Origin: Moniliella sp. 'wahieum'
Taxonomy: Eukaryota
Assembly (NCBI GenBank): GCA_003971905.1
Contig: RSEE01000007.1
Span: forward strand, 372,001-436,000
Reading direction: 5' to 3'
DNA length: 64,000 nt
Shown: piece by piece, positions 1 to 12,147 of the stretch
Layout of the letters: each line of letters opens with the position of its first letter
Numbering within the stretch: position 1 is the first letter of the stretch
Made by a program: the position numbers and the translations under genes
Notes under the pieces: generated by a model
Databases searched by the model: none
Told to the model about the DNA's origin: nothing
Seen by the model: only the letters and a program-made list of their open reading frames with translations

Positions 1-2269
1 GGGGGGACCGGTGCGACGACGGCAGCTCGTCCGTTTCCTGCCGGGCGCGCGACTGCATCGCCTGCCGATGCGCAGCACCAGGTACGATTACCTTGCCTCC
101 GCCGCTCAGCGCGCGGGGTGTCGATCCGGCTGGATCTTCGTCGTTGTCCTGCGGCGGAGGGACAAATACATCTTTGCCCCCCTCTTCCAGCGTGGTTGCA
201 CGCGGTGAACAGGACGGAGCTGCCTCGGTAAGCGTGGGCAACGTCTCGGATGTCTGGGCCAGGGGGCTCGCATGCTCCTGGTCCGGGGCACGAGGCGGCG
301 GGGACGAGGTGCCAACGGGAGGCGTTGGGGTGGGAGGGGTGGTGGATCGGAGCAGGGCTCAGTTGGGTTGGTAGCGTGTTGGGGCAAGGAGGAAGAAGAG
401 GGAGACTCTCGTGTGGCGGCAACGTGGCGCAGGATGCGTTCGGGATGGAGGATGATGGCGAGGTACCAATGCAGATGTTCGTTGATTGGCACGACAATGT
501 ACCGTTTTTCAAATGCCAGCGGGCCCTTGGTCCACTTGCGTACCTTTTCGTACCCTTGCAACCTGTCGTTTCTCTTGGCCGAAGTCAGCTGGGAATAGAA
601 AAAGGGGGACAGGACTAGCAGGTCTTTCGCCTCCGCCCGCTTGGGCAACGGCAAGGACGCCTCGACCTGAGCATGAAGGTACTTGAGCGCAAAGTCAATG
701 ATGGTATCGTTGAGCCATTCGCCTTCGTCCAACTTCAACAAGTCGGACTTTTTCAGCGTCACACTCCCCCGGCCGCCCTGGGGCGGGAAGCGGAGGATGG
801 GCACGTCTTGTTCGGGGAAGTGTGCGTGCCTTGCGCACCATCTGGATCGCACGCTCCACCTCATCGTCCGATGAGTCGTCAACCACCGTGCGCATCCCCT
901 TGGAGGCCCTCGGGGGTTGGACCTTTCTGTAGGAGGAGGAAGCGGCCGAGGCGGGCGACGTGCCATAGAAGGAAGAGGCGGTACTGCCAAGCGTGAGTTG
1001 CGTCTGGGTCGAGCGCGGCTGGCCAAAGGCGGTGATGACCTTGGCACCGCGGGCCATGTCATCCAGCTGGCGGCGCAGCACACTGGAATCTTTGGCCAGC
1101 ATGAATTTGGGCGGGGAGATGGCACGTTGGTCCAGTCATGCAATGTGGCTATGAGCACGTCCCATTCATTGCCGGCGCTGGAGGCAAAGTGGAGCGCAAG
1201 GTCGAGAGAGGGTGTTGCGGCGGGTCTCGGAAGGCGCAGGTCGAGCTTGGGGAGGTAGCGAGGTAAGGCCTGGACACCACTCGCCTTGTTGCCGCCTTGG
1301 TTGGACTGCGAGCTTAAAGTGAATAGCAAAGTACTTCTGACTGTCTGAGAAGCAAAGGGAACAAACGTGGGGTCAGCTGCGACGCGTATATAGCGGAGCA
1401 GGGGGAGCGAGCACGCACGATTTCGATGGCTAGCACGTCCATGGGCGGATGATCCAGCCATCTTCTTTGGCCAGCGAAAGGGGGATGAGGGTGAGGTGAT
1501 GCGGGTGGCAGATCATACGTCCGGTCCTGCGCTTTTGGGCCTTCCAGACCAGGACGCGGGGGATGGTGATGCCAGTGAGAGGCAGAGCGAGCGGGAGGGG
1601 TGTGAGGAGGAGCGGATGGGGGTGCGTGTGGGGGGGGCGAGCGGGTTTCTTGGCGGCGGGCGGCGAGGGTGGGGGGGAGAGGTGATGTTTTGCGGGCGCA
1701 GAGGGAGCCGGACGGCGGCTGGGGCGAGGACCAAGGTGGTCGCGGGGCGATCGTCGTCTTCGTCTTCGCTGGAGGGGAACTTGATTGTCTTTCTGATGAG
1801 CGCGAGCGGCGGTGGGTCCGCACTGGCGTCTGCACTGGCGTCTGCACTGGCATCGGCGAAGGCACCGGTGCTGGTGTCGGCGCTGGTGTCGGCGCGGGCC
1901 GCAGGTGGAGGCTCGTCGTCGGAGAGGGGGATGGGGTGGCGGGAGCGGTAGCGGGGGCGGACGCGGGAGGGGGTGGGGGGCGCGGGCGGGAGGGGAGGGT
2001 GCGTGGCTGCATGCTGCTGGCCAGCGAGGGCGCAGCGAGGGGGCTGGGGCGGTAGGGGGACCAGTCGCCGGTGGACTCGCCGACGTGGCGGGTGGCGCCG
2101 AGGCGCTTGGGGCGCAGGGGCTTGCTGGGCAGCGGCGTGGGGCGTCGGGGGTGGTGGTGGTGGGGGTGGTGGTGGGGGGCTTCGGGGGCGGTGGGGGTGG
2201 AGCCGGAGCCGCGCTCGCGCGGGAGGTTGCGCCGCCCGGGGCATAGGGCGAGGCGGTGGAGAAGGCCAT
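1..2269 (-). CDS. Ulp2/SENP6-7-like SUMO protease (peptidase C48); 3' end lies beyond the left edge; frameshifted by probable sequencing errors
   Basis: ORF 106..1461 contains C48 motifs: SVTLKKSDLLKLDEGEWLNDTIIDFALKYL, SPFFYSQL, KVRKWTK and YIVVPINEHLHWYLAII (catalytic His). The long Pro/Ser-rich N-terminus probably starts at ATG 2269 (MAFSTASPY). Intron 1418..1345 (GTGCGT...GCTGAC...CTCAG). Confidence 0.88.
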
Positions 2270-2442
2270 GGCGGGCAGCCAGCAGACGGCGGCGGAGAGC
2301 AGACTACTACAAGCAAGCAGCGCGTCTCGCGTTTCTGGCCGTCTTTTTTCTTTTGCTGGCCGCGTGAAGCTTGAACCGCACCCCACCCGCTTACCTCAGC
2401 CACCCCCCTTGCGCGCCGCCCCCGAGCAGCCCCCCTCCCGCG
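2270..2442. promoter_or_regulatory. Compact bidirectional promoter between the SUMO protease and the NMNAT-like gene
   Basis: The two inferred start codons diverge with only 173 bp between them. Confidence 0.55.
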
Positions 2443-3301
2443 ATGGGCGCATCGATAATCGATAAGGGCCATGCCGCCCCCCGCGCTCGCCCCGCGCTCG
2501 ACGCCTTCCTCGCCGCCCCCCGGCATCCGCATCCTCTACGCCACCTGCCCCAACTGGCCCACGCCGCCGCCACGCCGCCCCCGCCCCGCCTCCACATCTC
2601 CGTCCTCGACGCCTCCTTCAACCCCCCCACCCTCGCCCACCGCGCCCTTGCCCTCGGCCCGCCCTCGGCCCACTACCATGCCCACCTCCTCCTCTTCTCC
2701 TGCCAGAACGCCGACAAGGGCCGCGGCACCGCCCACGATGCCACCCCGCTCCAGCGCCTGGAGATGATGTGCCTGCTGGCCCAAGACCTCGACGCTGCCC
2801 TCCCTCGGCGGCCGCAACGTCGCGGTCGCCGTGGTTGAGCCGCCGCTGATCATGACCAAGTCTACCCTCTGCCACCAGTTGCTCCACTCCCTCCGGCCGA
2901 CATCCCCGTCCAGCTCGACTGGTCCGTCGGCATGGATACGCTGGAACGCTTCTTTGCGCTGCGCTACTACCCTTCTCCCGCTGCGTTTCAGCAGATGGCC
3001 CACACCTTTTTTGACACCGAGCAGACCCGCCTGGTTGTGGCCGCGCGCGACCAGCGCAGCTGCCGACCAAGTCGATGGCACAGCGCAGGAGATCCTCACA
3101 CCGCTCGTGCGGGAGCGAATGGAGCGGGGCCAGGTTGAGCTGTGGGATGCAGGCTCGGTGCTGGCCCAGTGCTCGGCGACGCAGGTGCGCCAGATTTGTC
3201 GCGCGACGCAGTGCACGGAGGAGGAGCGTGCCAGGCAGTTGCAGAGCCTCGTCCTGCCCTCGATTGCGGCCTACCTACGTTCGGAAAAGGTGTACGAGTA
3301 A
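2443..3301 (+). CDS. POF1: Pof1-like nicotinamide mononucleotide adenylyltransferase (HxGH-type nucleotidylyltransferase)
   Basis: Motifs across three frames: ISVLDASFNPPTLAHRALA, LLLFSCQNADKG, RLEMM, GMDTLERFFALRYY, SATQVR, and SIAAYLRSEKVYE* (TAA 3299-3301). Confidence 0.8.
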
Positions 3302-3639
3302 CGACGAGAGCAAGACCCTCTTGGGGGATTTCCAACATCGCCTTGTGAGCATGCCCACGCACCCATCTGCTGTTTTTCTCTGTCCATCCACCGCCCGTGC
3401 CCATGTCTAGCCACGTAGTGTTCAGGCTGCCTGGCTCAGGACAGCGATTGATACAGCCCCATCCTAGCCGCCGTGTTACCTCCACCCAGTATACACTCAA
3501 CCACCTTCTCGCTGGAACAGCACATTGGTCGATGACACATCATTGGTAGATTGACATGTGACATGTGCAGTGCTTACCTCAGCGGCCGACCCTCTTTGGC
3601 TCCTGCTGGCTCGTCCGCTTCAGAATGCCAACGCCCGCC

Positions 3640-6600
3640 ATGTCCGTGCAGCCCGAGTCGATGGCCGCGGCGGACGAGCTGGCGCCGCGCTCTCGCCGAC
3701 GCAGCGGGCCGAGGAGATGGCGCGCTACAAATGCACCTCACTCCAGGACGCCCTCGCCCACAGCAATGCCGAGCGCGAGCGCCTCGCGGCCGACCCTGGC
3801 TGCTGCGCGCACCGCCGCGGCCGAGCTGCGTGCCCAGCAAGCCGCCTCTGCCTCCGCCTGCCTCCGCTGCCGCGATCCACCCCGACGCCCAGGCCGAGTG
3901 CAGCAAGTGCCGCGCACGCTGCCCGCTGCAACAAGAGCGTGATGCCGCCCTTCGTCGCGCCGACCTCCTGGCCGCTGAGCGGGACGAGGTCCGCGCCCAC
4001 GCCCAGCAGCAGGAACAAAGTTTCCTCCGCGAAGCCGAAACGCGCACCGAACTTGTCCAGCTGCTCACCGCGCGCCCGAAGCCGCCGAGGCACATGCACG
4101 CCGACTGGAGCACGAGCGCGTACCTCGGCCTCGGCGGCGGCGCCGGCGCCGGCCGAACCGCCTGCAGCCGAACCGACTACCGAACAAGCCGTTGCTCCAC
4201 CCACTGCCACACCCCCACCCCAACCCGATTCACGAAGCACGAGTGTAGCAGGCGTGTTTGCATCTCGGTGGCGGCGCAGCAAGCGTTGGGTGCGGAGCAG
4301 ACGCGGGCGACGCAGCTGGAGCAGGCGTTGAACACACTGGTGACGCAGCTGCGCGCGCGGCAGCCGACGCTGAGGCCCAAGCGCGCGAGACGAGGGTGCT
4401 ACGTACCGAGGTGAAGCAGTTGGGGCGTCGTCTGGCCCAGACGGTGCGCGAGGCCGAGGCCGAGCGCGGGCAGCTACTGCGTGCGCAGCAGCAGGCCAAA
4501 GATGCGTATGTGGGCCAGCAAGCAGCCGAGGCCCAGGTGGGCGATCTGATGCGCCAGTTGCGCACCGTCCTGTGCCGCGTCACCGTGCTCGAGGATCCTT
4601 CCGCCGAGGCGCGCATGCAGGACGACGGACTCCGTTCCCTGCCAGCGCCAGTATCGGCCTGGCCGGGCCCGACGAAGAGGCGCGGGAAGCGGTTACGCCC
4701 ACGTTCCGGTCGGTCAGCGAACTGCTGGCCCGCAACGGCGCGCTCTTGCGCCGTGTCCGCGTTCTCACCCATACCCTTCAGGACCAGCGTCAAACCCACT
4801 TAGCCGCGCTCGACGAAGAACGTGCCCGGGCAGCCCGTGCCCTGGCCTGCGCTGAAGACGCATGGGCAGACAAAACGGCATTGGACCAGGCTCGTGGCTG
4901 CGTTGGAACGCGAGCGCGACATGCTTCGTTCCCTTCGCTCCGACCCTCACTCTCCGCCGGCCGACGTACCGGAACAACTTACCCTTCTCCAAACCCACTT
5001 TGACCGCTTCAAAACCGAGACCGCTCAGGATACAGAGCTTCTCAAGCACGATCTCACCAGGCCCGCGCCGAGGCACGCAAACATGCATTGCTGGTCGCGC
5101 GGGAACGCGAGATGCGGAATGTAGTCCAAGGTATGCCCCCCCCCTTTTTCCCCTCTAGTGTGGCACGCCGCCTGACACGAGCTCCTCCAGGTCGCCTCAC
5201 CACATTACAAACTGCCTATGAAAGGCAAAAGACCGACCTGGCCGACTTGACGGCCATTATGGCTACGCTGCGCTCCAACCTGGGCAAGCGCGACGGATCG
5301 GCCGCGCGTCTGTTGTCTGACCTGGCTGAGGCCCGCTCTGACTTGGCCAGCCTCCAGCGACAACACATTGCGCTCCAGATCGACCAGGATAAGCTTACTG
5401 CCTCGCTGGCCCGCGCCGACGGGGAGAAAGCGTCGTTGCGGCAAGAACGGGACAACTTGTCGCAACTGTTGGGCAATTTGTCGCGCACGCAAAACGAGTA
5501 TGAGCGATGGGCCAAGCGACAGCTGGCCCAAGCCCAGGCGGCTGCGGCGCAAGCGCAAGACCGTGCCAACGAGGCGCACGAGCAAGCCATTGCCCACCAA
5601 ACTGAGCTGGAAACTGTGCGGGCGGATCTGACTACGCGTCTCGCCGAGCTTGACGCGTCCCATGCCACGGCCCAGAATGCCCTCGCCCAAGCACAGCAAG
5701 ACCTCCAAGCAGCCCAGGATGCGCTGCAGGCGCGCGAACACGATTTGGGCCAGGTGCGGGAGCAGCTGCAAACGCGGGAAGAAAACTGGCTGTCTTTGAG
5801 CGGCATGCCCAGGCCGCTGCCGCCGCCCTTCCGAAGCCGCAACAGCACGAGAACAAGTGCTGGAAATCACCATCGCCGACTTGCGTTCTTCGGTTCGCAG
5901 CGGGCAAGAGGAGTGTGCGCGTGCCGAATCGCGTCGGGCCGAGGCGGAGCAGCAACTAGCCCAAGCGCAAGAAGAGACCCGCCTCGCGATTACCGAGCTT
6001 GCGCAGCAAAAGGACGCTGCTGCCCTGGCTCTCGCGCAAAAGGATGAGACCTTGTCCCGGCTACAAACGACCGTGAGCGAGGCCGAGGCGGCCAAGATCG
6101 CGCTTCAGGCCGAGCTGGAACGCCTACAGGCCGTCCTGGCCGCCATGCAGACTCGCCTTGCTACCCTCCAGACCGAGCGGGACGAGCGGGAAGAAGGGGT
6201 TGCCTCAGTCGATGAGCGTGTGGCCCAAGAGACGGCCAACTGCAACAAGAAAAGCAAGACCTGGTACAGGCTGCCCAGCGCGCCCAAGATAAGTTCCAAG
6301 CAGAGGTGGTGGCGCATGCCGAGGCCGTGCGCGCGCTCAAGGCGTTGCGTGCCACAGCGCCCGCGGAGGAGTTGGCCCGGCTCCAACGCGCCCATGCTCA
6401 GCTCGAACAAGAGGTGCGCCAGCTGCGTCGGACCAGTACCGATGCCACGGGCACGGGCACGGGCACGGGCACTGGCACGGCCCAGGCCGATCCGATTGCG
6501 CGTGCGCAGCGGGCTCTGCACCTTCAAGAACTGGCGCGTTGGCGGGGCAAGGCGGAGCAGTTGGACAAGGAGCTGCGTGCGGTACGTGAGCGGCCCGAGA

Positions 6601-8331
6601 CGGGCGATGCGCGTCTACTGCAAGAGTCCAACGTGACGCTGCGGGCCGAGCTGGGCGGAGCCAAACGCACGTGCGGACGCTCGAAACGGACTTGGCCACC
6701 ACACGCACCCACCTCGCCGACACCCACACTCGCCTGACTGACACCCAGGCCCGCCTGACCCAGATGCAAGAAACCTGTTCCGATGTCCAAGCGCGCGAGA
6801 CGGAACTGCAGCGGTCCCTCGAGCACGCCCAAAAACAGGTGCAAGCCTCGAAACCAAGTTTGCCGGCGTGGACGTGGATGCAGTGGCCAAGCTGCGCGCA
6901 TTGCCGGCTGAGCTGGACGCCGTGCGCGCCACGCTCACCCAGACCCAGACCGCCTTGGCTACCGCCGAGGCCGACCTAGCTCGCCACGCCGAGGAGAACG
7001 CGGCGCTACGTACCCGTGTCGCCGAGCTCGAGGCGGGTGCGGATAAGTTGGTGGCGATGGAAGCGGCGTTGGAGAAGGCGAATGCAGCGACCGCCGAGGG
7101 CAAAGTCCGGTTCCAGACATTGAGACAACAATCGATTGATCGGCTCAAGGACGCGGGCGAAACCAAGCGCGCGCTGCAGGCGCAGATGGAGGCTTCAGGC
7201 CCAACTGACCGAGAAGGAAAGACGCTCCAGGCCCAGCTAGCTGAAAAGGAACAGGCACTCCAAACGCTCCAAACGTTGCGTTCAGCTTCTACGACCGAAC
7301 AGGCCCAACCCGATCCGGCGCAGACGGACGATGCGCAGGAGAAGCTGGCCCAGATGCAAGCCGACTTGGCCGCTGCCCAGGCGGAGAAGAAGGCACTAGA
7401 AGTACGCCTCGCTGAACTCACGTCCCATCCGGCCGCCCAGGCCGCACCCCAGCCCCAGTCTACGCCCGACGCCGAAACCCAAGACGCGGCGCAGTCTGCG
7501 CCAGATGTGCCCCTACCGGAACCGGAGTCCACGGCCGAACCACAATCTGTGGTGAAGACGAGCCTGCGGCCGAACCCGAATCGGTGGTAAAGAACAACGC
7601 TAAGGCCGAACCAGGAGCCGACCAGGGACCGATGCCGAGCCGCGGCAGGACATCGCGCGAAAGCGATGCGGACGCCCTTGCTCCCCAGCACGACGAGGCG
7701 AAGACAACGAGCGCGACGTGGGAGGCGGAGCGAGCGGCACTCGTTGCGCGCGTGGCTGAGCTGGAGCAAGCCCACACCCTGGCTTCAGAGGAGATGGTAC
7801 GTGCTCGTTGCATGGCTCGCGACAGAGGACTAACAAGTGAACAGGCACGTGTGGTGGCCGGCGGGAATCGGCGCAGCAAGCCGCACAGGGACGGGAGGAA
7901 CTGCAGACACGAGTAGAGGAACTGGAGCGGCAAGTGGCTGTGCTCGAGGCCGAGGTAGCGGCCAAGGCGGCTGAGGTGGCCGAGGTGCGTGCGCAGCTGG
8001 CGGAGCAGCAGCAGACGCAGCAGGACCTCGCTGCCGCCCACAAGAAGGCGTTGGAGGAACGTTTGAGGCGGGCAAGACGGCGGCGGGCCTGCGCTTCCAG
8101 CTGTTGGACGGGCGCAAGACGGCGCAGCTGGCAGCGCTGCAGAAGCAGGTGGAGGAGCTGCAGGCCAAGGCCCAGCCGCAGATGCAGACGCAGACGCAGA
8201 CGCAGGCGGCCACAGATGCGGATGCGCCGGCGCAGCTCGAAGAGGACGGTTCGGCGCGCCGCTCGCCACGCAAACGGGCCAACTCGAGTGCTTCAGGCCC
8301 CGACACGGACAGCAAGCGTGCCCGGCCATGA
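3640..8331 (+). CDS. MLP1: Long coiled-coil protein, probable Mlp1/Tpr nuclear-basket nucleoprotein
   Basis: About 4.7 kb of heptad-rich A/E/L/Q/R sequence over many frames. TFRSVSELLARNGALLRRVRVL and ERERDMLRSL resemble the conserved Tpr/Mlp1 blocks TFKxIxELQxQNxxLLxVVRxL and RERDMFR. Basic NLS-like tail RRSPRKR...KRARP*. Introns 5131..5190 and 7797..7844. Confidence 0.68.
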
Positions 8332-8666
8332 CACCCCAGTGCGAGAGAATGGATACACGGACCATGGGACGATGGAGCGGAGGCAGGGGGAGGAGCAAGC
8401 ACGAGATAGCGGGCCGAGATAGCGAGGCAGAGACACAATGTTGCCGTCGCCTGTCCGGCGTGGTGGGCTCATGGCCTGATCGCAGTGCATGCGTGCCGCC
8501 TAGAAGGGCAATTGTGGCAGCGCAGCCCTACACGCCCCGCCCAAGCCGGGACGTTGCACCGATCCTTCGCAGCGGAATTCGGGCCGTCATTTTCTGCTGG
8601 CCAGGGCAACTTGGCGGTCCCCGTGGGAGCCACTGGCCCACTCCACCACATCCCTGCTCCGCCGCC

Positions 8667-9851
8667 ATGAGCGCCTCGTCTGATGAGAGCGACTTTGGAG
8701 ACATGTTCCAAGAGCCTGACGGCTTCCGCCCCCCATCCCCCCCCGCACGAACACAGGCGTCGTGGGTTGTGCCCGCGCCCCTGCGCCCCTGGATCCTAGA
8801 CAGCCCTGTGCCCGCCTCCGTCGCCCGCTATGCCACGGAGCACGCCGGTCAATCGTCCGATGCGCAGGGCCCTGTGCCTGCCGCTGCTGTTGTGCCCCTT
8901 GAGCTGGTTGGATTTTCTCCCTTGTGGGGCCACCACCTGTGGAACGCGTCGGCGATTGTGTCCGAGTACCTTTTGACATACGCGCGCGAGCTCTTGTCGA
9001 CCCCACTGGCGCTGCGTGCGTCCTCGAGCTGGGCGCTGCCGCTGGCCTGCCCAGTATCGTTGCTGCCCGGTACGGGCCGTATGCTTCGGCTGCCGAGTCG
9101 GCATCGGGAAACTCGGTGGCCAAAATCAACCCCCCGCACGTGGTGGCCACCGATTACCCCGACCCCAACCTCATTTCGTGCCTCACTGATAACCTTGCCC
9201 TCAACGGCCTTATCCCCTCGGATCCCACCACGAGCGGCTCTTTTGGCTCGGCCGATGCCCAGGTGTGTACCTTTTCCCTCTCTTTCCTCTTTGATGTTTG
9301 GTTCTTACCTCTTGTTTACGGCAGGGATACATTTGGGGCGCCGATCCGACCGCTCTACTCGATACCATTTCTGACGTTGCGCCCACCACCTCGGGACGGC
9401 GACGGCGTTTTGATCTGATCATCCTTTCCGACCTGGTATTCAACCACAAGGCGCACACTGCCATGCTGCGGACATGCGAGATGTGCCTGGCCAAAGCTGG
9501 GCCTCCTCCGGAACAAGATTCGGACGAGGAGCAAGAAGCAGAGCAAACGCTGCCCAGTCTCTCTTGCCCACCTGCCTCGACTGCCTCCGAATACTTTGTT
9601 CCGCCGCGCTCCCTCTTCGTCCCAACCCGCTCCCTTGCATCCTCGTCTTCTATACCCACCACCGTCCCCACCTGGCCGGCGAAGACTTGAAATTCTTTGC
9701 TCGTGCGCGCCAGCGCGGATGGGACTGCCAAGTGGTCGCCCATCGCCATGTCGCACCCATGTTCCCCGAAGACCAAGGGGATGAACAGGTGCGCGGCACA
9801 GTGTGGGGTGGCGCATGGTCTGGAAGGGCTTCTTCCCCCACTCCACTGTGA
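8667..9851 (+). CDS. EFM7: Efm7/Nnt1-like seven-beta-strand protein methyltransferase (eEF1A N-terminal/lysine)
   Basis: MFQEPDGFRPP, LVGFSPLWGHHLWNA, motif I VLELGAAAGLPS, VVATDYPD, GYIWG, FDLIILSDLVFNH, VFYTHHRPHL and MFPED..VRGTV. Intron 9263..9324. 3' end approximate. Confidence 0.88.
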
Positions 9852-11806
9852 AGGGGGAAGAAGCACTTGTCCTGCCCCCCGGCTCTTCTCGCATTGCTCC
9901 TGCTCGGCTCGGCTCTAAATGGATTTCGTAGCTATCCCCATCCCTATCAGCCTGCCCCCTTCACCTCCCACAAGCGCCTAGATAGATGGTTTAATGGTAC
10001 AGGGGCCCATCCTGTGGCCACTCGCTTGCTTGGTAGCACTTGGGCATCAAATCGTTCCTTTTGGTCACTGGCGATGTTGTCGCTGGTACTGGCTTCGCGT
10101 CCCAGTGGCGCTATTGTTGTCATGCACCTCCGGCTAACCTTGAGATGTATACCCTCGATACACCGACCGGTAACATCGACTGAATCCGCCCCTGTAACTA
10201 GCGTTTCTCGCTTCAAGCTTCTCGCTTCTCGCTTCAAGTTTCACCCCAGCCAGACATGGGAGGGAGGTTCATGCGGCAAGTATGAAGACAAAAGCAACAC
10301 CAGATTCCAGATCCAGTCCAAGGCAGAGCTGACGGAGCAGCTGCAAGAGTTGAAGGGGAAAGCCAAGCTAGCCGAAAGTACTCGTCGTGCAGCGCATTAT
10401 CAATAGGGTGTGGTAATGACAGGACATCATGTAGCCCGTCTGCGCGCTCGTATGCATGCCCCGCAAGCGAGCTGAGCCAACTTGCGCCCAGGTTAAAAGG
10501 TGGCTCCGTACCCCCGCTGGCCTGGTGGGCTCATAGGGCGCACGCCTTGTGCCGCACTCCTTGTTGAAGAGAAGAAGGCCTCGACGGGGTGGGCACAAAA
10601 AAACGGCGCACGGGTCCCGTAAGAGGTGGGCCGCCTTGGAGGCCAAAATTACATCGCCACTTGCCTCGTGGATGTTCTGGCGGCCCTGTGGGCAGAGGGA
10701 AGAGGGATCCTTATCCGAGCCAGTTACCCACCATGTCCTCGGGAGAAATATGGGCCGTGTCTGGTGCTGTTGCTGCAGCTCCGATGGGTTTCTCCCCGGT
10801 CGTCTGACGCTGGCTGGCAGTGACCCGGCATGTTTTCATGACGGGTACATGAAGTCGTTGCAGCAGGCAACGCGCTCGTGCCTTCTGCCAAACAGATAGT
10901 CCATGCTGTGGGGGGCAGCGGTGCAGACACCATGCTGGACCTGCATACCCCAGCCCAGCCCAATCCTTCCTGCTTCCCCCATTCCCACTTGCTTGGGTTG
11001 CGCCGTAAGAACGATTTGGGACGCTACCGACTGGAGGAGAGCGCGGTGCGGGCATCAGCGAAGAGCCGGTTGGATGCCACAAGTAAACTGGGCCGGCATT
11101 TGCATCGACAGCGAGTCTGGTAGGACAGCGAAGAGGACAAGGCACGAGTCAGCATGCTGGCGTGGCGGCAGAAACATGTGCAGACAAGAGATCAGTGGGG
11201 GGCGGGGCTCTGCCGCCCAGACCTGGCGTACTCGCAAAGGCGGGGCTCGGGAAGCACCCAGTCGTGGGCGGTAGGGAAGTGGCAGCGTACCCAGCCGAGT
11301 GGCCCAGCACCCACCACCCCCATCCGCCCACGGCCAGCGCACCACACTGAGCCCACGCACCCAGCGCCTGGGCCAGCCGCCCCGCAAGGCAAGCTCGTCA
11401 CCGCCGAGGCTCAGGACAAGGATGATCGACAAGCATCATGGCATGCTGCGCACACAGCCCATTCCGGCATCCGCACGTACCGCGTGGCGCCCATGCGTCG
11501 TGTCGTCGCCAAGGGCCGGGGACTTGAACGACCACGTCGAGCGGTGCGTTGTTGGCTGCTGGCTGGCCTGCCCTCTTCTCCGAGGGGGCCCCGGCCCGCC
11601 TCCGGTTGCTTCCGCCCAGCAACGCCCAACGCAGCAGCCCGGCCCGCCTGCCCATTTCAAATCGGCCGCCGGGCAGGGGGGCAGCAGATTACCTAATGCA
11701 CGCCGTGTGCACGCTGGCATTTGACCGCCCGGTCCGCCGCTGGCCTTGCGTTCTTCCCACCACCCCTCTTCCACGCCGCCTGCCTTTGTTGCCGCCTCTG
11801 TCCACA

Positions 11807-12147
11807 ATGTCTGCTCCTTGGAAGGCTGTCATGTCGTACAACCGGTACGCCAGCGTTGCTGCCTCGGCTGTGCGCAACGCCCTCAAGCCCGAACTGCGCG
11901 TCAAGGCTGCCCGCCGCGGCGAGATGACGCTCAAGTACCAAGAGTGGAAGGCCGGCCACTCTACGGAACCGGTACGTTTGCTTGCTGGGCTTGGCTTGGC
12001 TCCCCTCCCTCGTCCCTGTTGGTGGGAACACCCCGTACTGACCGGATGCTTTTTTTCTTCTCTGTTCTCTTTGTTTCTTATTGTGCCCAGGCCCCTGTTG
12101 CCGAGGCGCTCGCCAAGGCGGCCGAGTCCAAGCCTAAGACGGCGTAA
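11807..12147 (+). CDS. ATP15: Mitochondrial F1-ATP synthase epsilon subunit (73 aa after splicing)
   Basis: Exon 1 (11807-11971) reads MSAPWKAVMSYNRYASVAASAVRNALKPELRVKAARRGEMTLKYQEWKAG. Intron 11972..12090 (GTACGT...ACTGAC...CCCAG). Exon 2 reads APVAEALAKAAESKPKTA*. Confidence 0.93.
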
